Below are positions 49,781 to 57,168 of a stretch of DNA of 57,168 nt, in pieces. The notes under the pieces were generated by a model, which saw only the letters and a program-made list of their open reading frames with translations, was not told the origin of the DNA and did no database searches. The DNA comes from Octopus bimaculoides (lineage: Eukaryota), in the NCBI RefSeq assembly GCF_001194135.2, contig NC_068999.1, forward strand, positions 4,831,140 to 4,888,307, written 5' to 3'. How positions within the stretch are numbered: the first letter of the stretch is position 1; each line of letters opens with the position of its first letter. Made by a program: the position numbers and the translations under genes.

Positions 49781-50377
49781 TACATTTACATATCTAAATA
49801 GTGTGTGTGCGTGTGCATGTATATGTATATACACATACATAATATGTATGTGTTTGTAGTGTTTATATTTATGAATATACATACGCATACACGCACGTCC
49901 ACATATATATACACACATTTATACACATGCGCACGCACACAAATATATATATACGTGTAAATATATGCATGTATGCACACACACACATACACACACACAT
50001 ATACGGTCTTGGTGTGTTCGTTTATATATACGCTTATATATGTATGCCTGTGTGAAGATGTATCTGTGCGTGGTTGCGTCAATGTGGAAGAGGGTGTCAT
50101 GTTTTCTTTCCGGTTGGATCCTGGTTACTAATGCTAGAGATGATCTTCTTGTTATTATTGCGGTAATTGTTCTTACTTTTGTTGTTGTTTCTGTTCAGGA
50201 CTGCACATCTATTTCTATCATCTCAACATTCAATAAACTGACAACAACAACTTCTGTTGAACCAAATGTCTCAGATTTCACAGGAATTTCCTATTCTTCA
50301 CTCCACGCCAAAACCGGAAACCGTCTAAACATTTCCGTGATTCTATACTGCAGAAGACATATTGTGTTATCTGCCTG

Positions 50378-50411
<34 letters not shown>

Positions 50412-50884
50412 AGTGTATGAACGTGTTTGTATATAGACGTAAGTGTGTGTACGTATATATGTGTGCAAAAGTGCATATATGTGTGTATGTATCTATACAC
50501 ATACACAAATGCACACAAATACACACACACACGCTCGTGTGTGTGTGTGTGTGTGTGTGTGCATAATACATCACGTGACCTGAACTGATTAATGAAGTGT
50601 TGTAAATATTCTCACATAGGCCACTTTCAAATTCTCTTTCATTTGGCCCCGTACGTCTGATAATGTTTTTGCTCATCGGCGTCTACGAAACTTTGAACAA
50701 TGAGGAGCTAAAACAATCTTTTATTGAACACACAACTCCGAATACCCGTGTTGAGTGCTACTTTCGTTCGTCTGTTTTCCTACTTGTGTGTATGGGTGCG
50801 TATATACATTTATATAGCGTATATACATTTATATATGATGTATATATGATGGTTGTCTATTCCTTATGCAGAGTCTGACCACCT

Positions 50885-51626
50885 CTTCTACTTATACCTT
50901 AGATCCATCATGGCGTCTGATGTGGCTTTTTAAGCCAGACAATGTATTGAAAAGACACCCACATAGATTGCATATCTGATTTGGACCACCAAGAGCTGCA
51001 GGTAAGTTCTCATTTTTGTGGATCTTAAAATGTCTTTTTGAGGCCTCCGTTAGATTTGCAGACCTCGTGGCATACACGGCATTGAAAGGTGCGTACAGAT
51101 ATATAAGCAGAATAGTTGGTAATGGTTCGTTTTTCATGGGTCCGCAAATGAAATTTGAGCCCAGCAAAAATAAAGAAAGGCCTATCTCAAACTGCTCACA
51201 AAAAGGCCGCTGAGATTCACCTTTTCGTTGATCGCAAGATTCTTCTTTCCATCTCTCTTGAGTCTTGCATGTGTCATCCTGGCCTCCTCAAAAGCTTTCA
51301 CTCCACATTTTTGTTTACCATCCAACTCGATCCGAAGCAAGGGTTTCTTTGGCCTTTAGATCCATTCCAAGTGACTTCATGGTAGTCCTTATGCCGTCCT
51401 TAAACCATTTTTTAAGTTTACACCAATTGTGTTTCCCCACTGCAAGCTCGCCATAAAACAGCTGTTTGGGTGCGCGTTCATCCGCCATTCGAACAATATG
51501 GCCTGACCATCTCGTTTGATTTTTCAGAATAACTGATTTAATTGAAATGATATCTGCAGGCGCAAAGACATCTGTGTCTGAAGCAAAAAGAAAAAGCCTC
51601 ATTTAATGTTGAAAATGCAGCGAAGG
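50885..51626 (-). pseudogene. RTE-clade LINE 3' end (RT C-terminus and terminal zinc-finger-like motif)
   Basis: QTRWSGHIVRMADERAPKQLFYGELAVG...FKDGIR and ICNLCGCLFNTLSGLKSHIRRH. The 5' side runs into an N-gap. Confidence 0.85.
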
Positions 51627-52050
51627 NNNNNNNNNNNNNNNNNNNNNNNNNNNNNNNNNNNNNNNNNNNNNNNNNNNNNNNNNNNNNNNNNNNNNNNNNN
51701 NNNNNNNNNNNNNNNNNNNNNNNNNNNNNNNNNNNNNNNNNNNNNNNNNNNNNNNNNNNNNNNNNNNNNNNNNNNNNNNNNNNNNNNNNNNNNNNNNNNN
51801 NNNNNNNNNNNNNNNNNNNNNNNNNNNNNNNNNNNNNNNNNNNNNNNNNNNNNNNNNNNNNNNNNNNNNNNNNNNNNNNNNNNNNNNNNNNNNNNNNNNN
51901 NNNNNNNNNNNNNNNNNNNNNNNNNNNNNNNNNNNNNNNNNNNNNNNNNNNNNNNNNNNNNNNNNNNNNNNNNNNNNNNNNNNNNNNNNNNNNNNNNNNN
52001 NNNNNNNNNNNNNNNNNNNNNNNNNNNNNNNNNNNNNNNNNNNNNNNNNN

Positions 52051-52105
<55 letters not shown>

Positions 52106-53060
52106 TAGATAGGTATACATACACACATACACATATATATACACATATCTCTATATGTGTATATTTACATACATAAACACTCACGCGTGTATATATGTAT
52201 GTATTTGTATGTATATGTATACGTATATATGTATGTATGTAAGTATATACACATATATGCATACATGTGTATATATCTCCATATGTATGCGTGTGCCTGT
52301 CTCTATTCCCACAACTGTTTTTAATTACGTAATGTTTTTAACGGTGAGAGAGTGCGATGTCCCGATCCAACTCCGCCAACCGTTTCATCTCCTGATCCAC
52401 CCTGCATTGTGCAAGGATATGTAACAGCTATGTTATTGTTGTTGGTGCTGTTGTTATAGTTGTTGCAGTCGTTAGCGGTGGCGATGATAGTGTTGGTAGT
52501 GGTAGTGGTGACGACGAAGTACTAAGGCATTCCACTGGTGCTGTTAACAACAAAATATTCGCCAACAATCTCAAAGATGTGTTTGTGCGCGCCATCTTCT
52601 CAGAACACCACACCCCTTCTTTCAATAAGAAGGATTATCGCAGTGTTGGCTGCATGGAAATCACCTGTTTAATAATAGCAACGAACGTGTGATGACTGGT
52701 GTGCTGGAGGGAGGAGTCACATGATACACACACACAAACACACACACACACATATTCAGAGATGGATTGGGAGAGAGACATACGTATACGTACAAAACAT
52801 GTATACATACATATTTGTATGTGCGTGGTTAGGCCACTCCGGCTATCTATAAACACGCTCTTATGTATATATAATTTAGCATCACATGTCAAATATACAC
52901 GTGGTTTTCTTTGTGTCTTATCCTTATTCTGTATTTAAATGCACCGTTAATAGAGTCACGTGCACCTCCTGAAGAGCCCTATAGGTGAAACTGCCAGTAT
53001 TGAGCTGTTAACAAACCTAGATATTCTGGATTAAGATATACAAGCTACACTAATTTTGAA

Positions 53061-53103
<43 letters not shown>

Positions 53104-53104
53104 C

Positions 53105-53143
<39 letters not shown>

Positions 53144-53290
53144 CCTCCCTCTCTCCTATCCTCCCCCTCCCTCTATCTCCTTTCTCTTACCGTCTCTCTA
53201 TCTCTCTTTCTTTGTCTTTGTGTGTATGTGTGTGTTATTGCATCTTCTAAGCATTATATATATATATATACGCACGCGCGCACGCACGTG

Positions 53291-53330
<40 letters not shown>

Positions 53331-53630
53331 TACACACACACGTACACTGAATATTAGTGTTTGTATAAATTAACACCAATACTCAGTTGTTGGAATTCAA
53401 TACGTATATGCTTTAGATTAAAGAGTTAGGAGAGTACAGAGCAGAATATAAGTTAATGAATAACAAAAGAACAGGAGTTACGTAACTGGATCCATGAAAA
53501 TGGCTCCGAGGAAGTTATAGGATGTTGCACAAGTACCCAGTCCTGAGTACATTACTTCCTACAGCAGAAACAGCTGTATGCTAATGAACATGATTATGTA
53601 ACTTCTGTTCTTTTTTTCATTCATTAATTG

Positions 53631-53661
<31 letters not shown>

Positions 53662-54193
53662 CACACAGATATATATATATATATAATTGTGTGTGTGAAT
53701 TCAGTCGCGATGGTGTGTAAGTTAACATACCTAACACACCCTCCACTATTACTGTGGTATTGTAGGTTAGATATACACGCGTATGGTGTCTGTGTGTCTA
53801 CGTTATCAAATTTATCATCATTTTTAGTCGGGGCCATTTTCTGATAATGTCACTTGTAGGTGAATAAATATTAATGTATATCCGATATCATTGTACAACG
53901 TATATCTTCTAGACACGTAACAGCTGTCGAAGAAGAGCATGTGTAGGTGTATATACACACACACGCGCAAACACACACAAACATACATACACACTCACAT
54001 GTACATTAACATTACATATACACACACAAATTACGTACGTATATACACATACATTATGCATTTACATATGTATGTATATATGTGTATATATATGTATGTA
54101 TGTATGTATATATGTATGTATGTATGTATGCATATATGCGTAATATGTGTTTATGAGTATATATATGTCTATACACACATACATTATGCATAT

Positions 54194-54260
<67 letters not shown>

Positions 54261-54305
54261 CATACATACCCACACATGAACATATATAGACATATATATA
54301 TATGA

Positions 54306-54337
<32 letters not shown>

Positions 54338-54936
54338 TCATGTGTGTACATGTAGAGATGTGTGTGCGTAAGGTGCGTATGTATGTATTACTTATATGCG
54401 TCTGTACAGACACCTGTATGGACTTCAACTTGACACGGGACATTCATATTTAACACCGCATGCATCTCCTTGCACAATTGTATAGTTTTTGTTTATCCCT
54501 GCTGTGCGCGCGCACACACACACAAACATATATTTCCCCTTTTATATATTTTTTTTTTTCTTATCATACACTTGCGTGTGTGTGTGTTAATGCTTGCAAT
54601 GTGAGTCGTCTGGCCCATTTATTAGCCAATGGCTGACAATTTAGAATTTCTTTTGTCATATATATATATATATATAAATCGTATCTTCTCTATAATATTG
54701 CCAGTAATGTGACCAAAACTCTTGCAGCAGAGCGTGAGCTCAGCTCTACTACACACACACACACACATACATACACACACACACATTGTCGATATCATAA
54801 GAATTTGTAAACTTCGAGAGAACGTGAAACAATTCTTCTTTTGGAATGTGGAGCTCGAAGCAGATAAAGCTACAAATGATAACGTTTTGATATTGGGTTT
54901 AAATAAAATGTCTTTGGATAAAAAAAAAATTCATGT

Positions 54937-55226
54937 GCCTCACGATCGTAAGGTCGTGAGTTCAATTCCCGGCAATGCGTCATGTCCTTGAGCAAGACAC
55001 TTTATTTCACGTTGCTCCAGTCCACTCAGCTGGCAAAAATGAGTAGTACCTGTATTTCAAAGGGCCAGCCCTATCACATTCTGTGTCACGCTGAATCTCC
55101 CTGAGAACTACGTTAAGGGTACACGTATCTGTGGAGTGTTCAGCCACTTGCACGTTAATTTCACGAGCAGGCTGTTCCGTTGATCGCATCAGCTGGGACC
55201 CTCGTCGTCGTAAACGACTGAGTACT
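54937..55226 (+). mobile_element. SINE family B, nearly full length
   Basis: B-box GAGTTCAATTCCC and CORE-like GTCCTTGAGCAAGACACTTTA; the body matches 1735-1910. Confidence 0.88.
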
Positions 55227-55329
55227 CCTCCTTTCTAAATATATATGTGTGCGTGTGTTTGTATGTGTGTCTGTTCGTATATATGTTTGAATACATGCCT
55301 GTATGTTTGTATGTACGTATGTTCGCTTC

Positions 55330-56375
55330 TGTTTTTAATTATTTAAATTCTTCCTCTTAGAAAGTGGGTGATTCATTTCTTTGTCTTAAAATCTAACCTT
55401 ATCCAGATTGCCGCACAAGACCATGTACACCATTATTATTGCTATAAATTTAAATTTATAATCTGGGTATAGAATCTGGAGATTTCAAAGCAGTTGTCCA
55501 TAGTGATCCTCTTCCTCTTTGATTTTCGAAGAGATATTCACATCAGCAGGACAGCTGACCTCTATGATGGTACATACTTTTCTTGTCTGTCCCAAACAAC
55601 AATATCCGGCCTGTTATGCTTACACTTGACAAATGTTTTGATGGAAATGTTCCACCAGTATTCCTTGTGCTGATCTTTGTGTACGTATTCAATAAGGGGA
55701 GGGATTCTTTATATTTATTCCAGGGCGGTCTTTTTTTCGAAAGGCATTGTATACAGTTTTTGCAACAACGTCGTATCACACGGGGGAGGAGTAGTACCTT
55801 GATGGTATTTTTAGGTAGCTGCTAATCACGTGTTGTAAGACACAGAAATATGACATAATCGACATTTTCGGTTGCATCTTGGGGTTCTAAGAGCTTTACT
55901 GTCTCTTCTGTTGATTTTGTACTTCTTAGCAATTCTTTGTTTGGGGGTTGCAAATGCACAGCTTTCCAAGTGTCATGTGATGTAGCAGTCACGAGTCCAA
56001 GAGAGTCTTCGCTTCATGGCAATATTATTGACTTCTTCAAGTATTCCGGAAACTTACGCATGCATGGTCCTTTTTTTTTTTGGGTGGGGAGTGGGTATAC
56101 TGGATGTTTCACATCCAGGTCTTCCTTGGGGTATCCTTCTTTAAGGTATCCTTCATTGAGGTATCCTTCCTTGGGGTATCCTTCTTTGAGGTATCCTTCT
56201 TTGAGGTATCCTTCTTTGGGGTAGCCTTCTTTGAGGTATCAATGATATTTCTTTGAGTTTAATTTAAGTTCTTCTTGCAGGAGTTCAAGCCGGTCGCTAA
56301 CAAAGTGACAAGGCTTCTTAGGTTAAGAGAGTTCCCGGTCTTTGTAAATATGTGGTTGATTTGGTGTTTTGGTCG
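55330..56375 (-). pseudogene. RLE-type non-LTR retrotransposon, 5'-truncated (Zn knuckle and endonuclease)
   Basis: LSWTRDCYIT*HLESCAFA, RCNRKCRLCH...HVISS, DVVAKTVYNAFRKK, KHNRPDIVVWDRQEK and TIIEVSCPADVNISSKIKEEEDHYGQLL*NLQILYPDYKFKF. Confidence 0.88.
56118..56240. repeat. 15-bp minisatellite GGTATCCTTCTTTGA (7 full units plus partials) inside the RLE ORF
   Basis: Units start at 56130, 56145, 56160, 56175, 56190, 56205 and 56220. Confidence 0.95.
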
Positions 56376-56399
56376 AACTGTTGATGCATACACTTAAGT

Positions 56400-56762
56400 G
56401 TGTGCATCTATCCACCTAAGAATCTGACATGGAGAATCTCTGGAATGCCTGACAAATCTTCACCAAACCATTAATAAATTGTATCTGGAGAATCCGCGTC
56501 AGTTTCTTTTGCACTTCTTCCATGAAGCCAAGTATTTCTGTGTTTTTTGTGTAAATTTGTTAGTACCTAACCTAATGCCCCTACGATGATAAGTACAAAT
56601 GAGAATTCATAGCCAGGGTACCAGGGTTCCGCATTAATTCGCCATAAACGTTCTCTTTCTCCTTGACCTTTGAGTGTGCATTCACATCCGCTAGGTAGAT
56701 GACCTCTGCAACAGCGCAGGATTTTTGTTCCTGATCCCTTAGAACAATATCAGGTCTGTTAT
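56400..56762 (-). pseudogene. RLE retrotransposon 3' end immediately upstream of the previous copy
   Basis: HNRPDIVLRDQEQKSCAVAEVIYLADVNAHSKVKEKENVYGELMRN...IIVGALG...LQIQFINGLVKICQAF. The 5' junction lies in a (CATA)n tract. Confidence 0.85.
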
Positions 56763-57168
56763 GTATGTATGTATGTATGTATGTATGTATGTATGTATTT
56801 ATGTTGCACATCTATTTAGAGATACATACATTATCATAAATTATCATAAATTATAGCAGAAATATATATTAGCTGTGAAGAGAGTATGTTGTCTCCCCAT
56901 AACTATTTTTAATTAACCATTAAGTATTCACTTCATTAATTCTATTAACACTAACTTAATTAGTAGTGGCGACGGGGGCGGTAATAATAGGGGTGGTAAC
57001 AGCAGCGATAGGATACGTAGCGACGGAGATGATGACGATGATGATAGTTTTAATGGAGAATGTAGTAGGTGGTGGTGGTGGTGGTGGTGGTGGTGGTGGT
57101 GATGGTGGTTGTGGTGGTGGTAGTCGTGGTGGTCGTGGTGAAGTGGAAGGGCGGTGGCAGTGGTGGTC

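Noticed and set aside
4392-52262. Long ORFs in the supplied track (e.g. 5513-6790, 8869-10056, 28261-29424, 38175-39200)
   Set aside because: They are open only because they cross N-gaps and dinucleotide or trinucleotide repeats (HT, VC, YI, LS runs). No coding signal.
52396-52692. Stop-free plus-strand stretch (…STGAVNNKIFANNLKDVFVRAIFSEHH…)
   Set aside because: Half is low-complexity GTT/GGT repeat, and there is no start, convincing splice pair or known motif.

Overview
AT-rich, microsatellite-saturated animal DNA from a gappy short-read scaffold, with about 18 N-gaps, most flanked by simple repeats. The SINE families and the (AT)n/(GT)n/(AAT)n load point to an octopus genome; this is inference from recalled repeat content, not a database match. 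No intact protein-coding gene is visible, and nearly all supplied ORFs are microsatellite or N artefacts. Supported content: (1) a TIR-complete but decayed Tc1 (DD34E) element and three mariner relics; (2) five fragments of one restriction-like-endonuclease (RLE, R4/Dong-type) non-LTR retrotransposon family, plus a second Dong-like 3' end inside a (TAA)n nest; (3) RTE LINE relics; (4) many tRNA-derived SINE copies of three families and one unclassified (CAA)-tailed family; (5) a ~540-bp foldback/MITE; (6) a dispersed 87-bp satellite in three arrays; (7) three hammerhead-ribozyme-like motifs of the minimal, Penelope-associated type; (8) several splice-signal-bounded segments and ETS/YY1 motif clusters that may mark the 5' end of a minus-strand host gene. 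Repeat boundaries are approximate unless a TIR or TSD is quoted.
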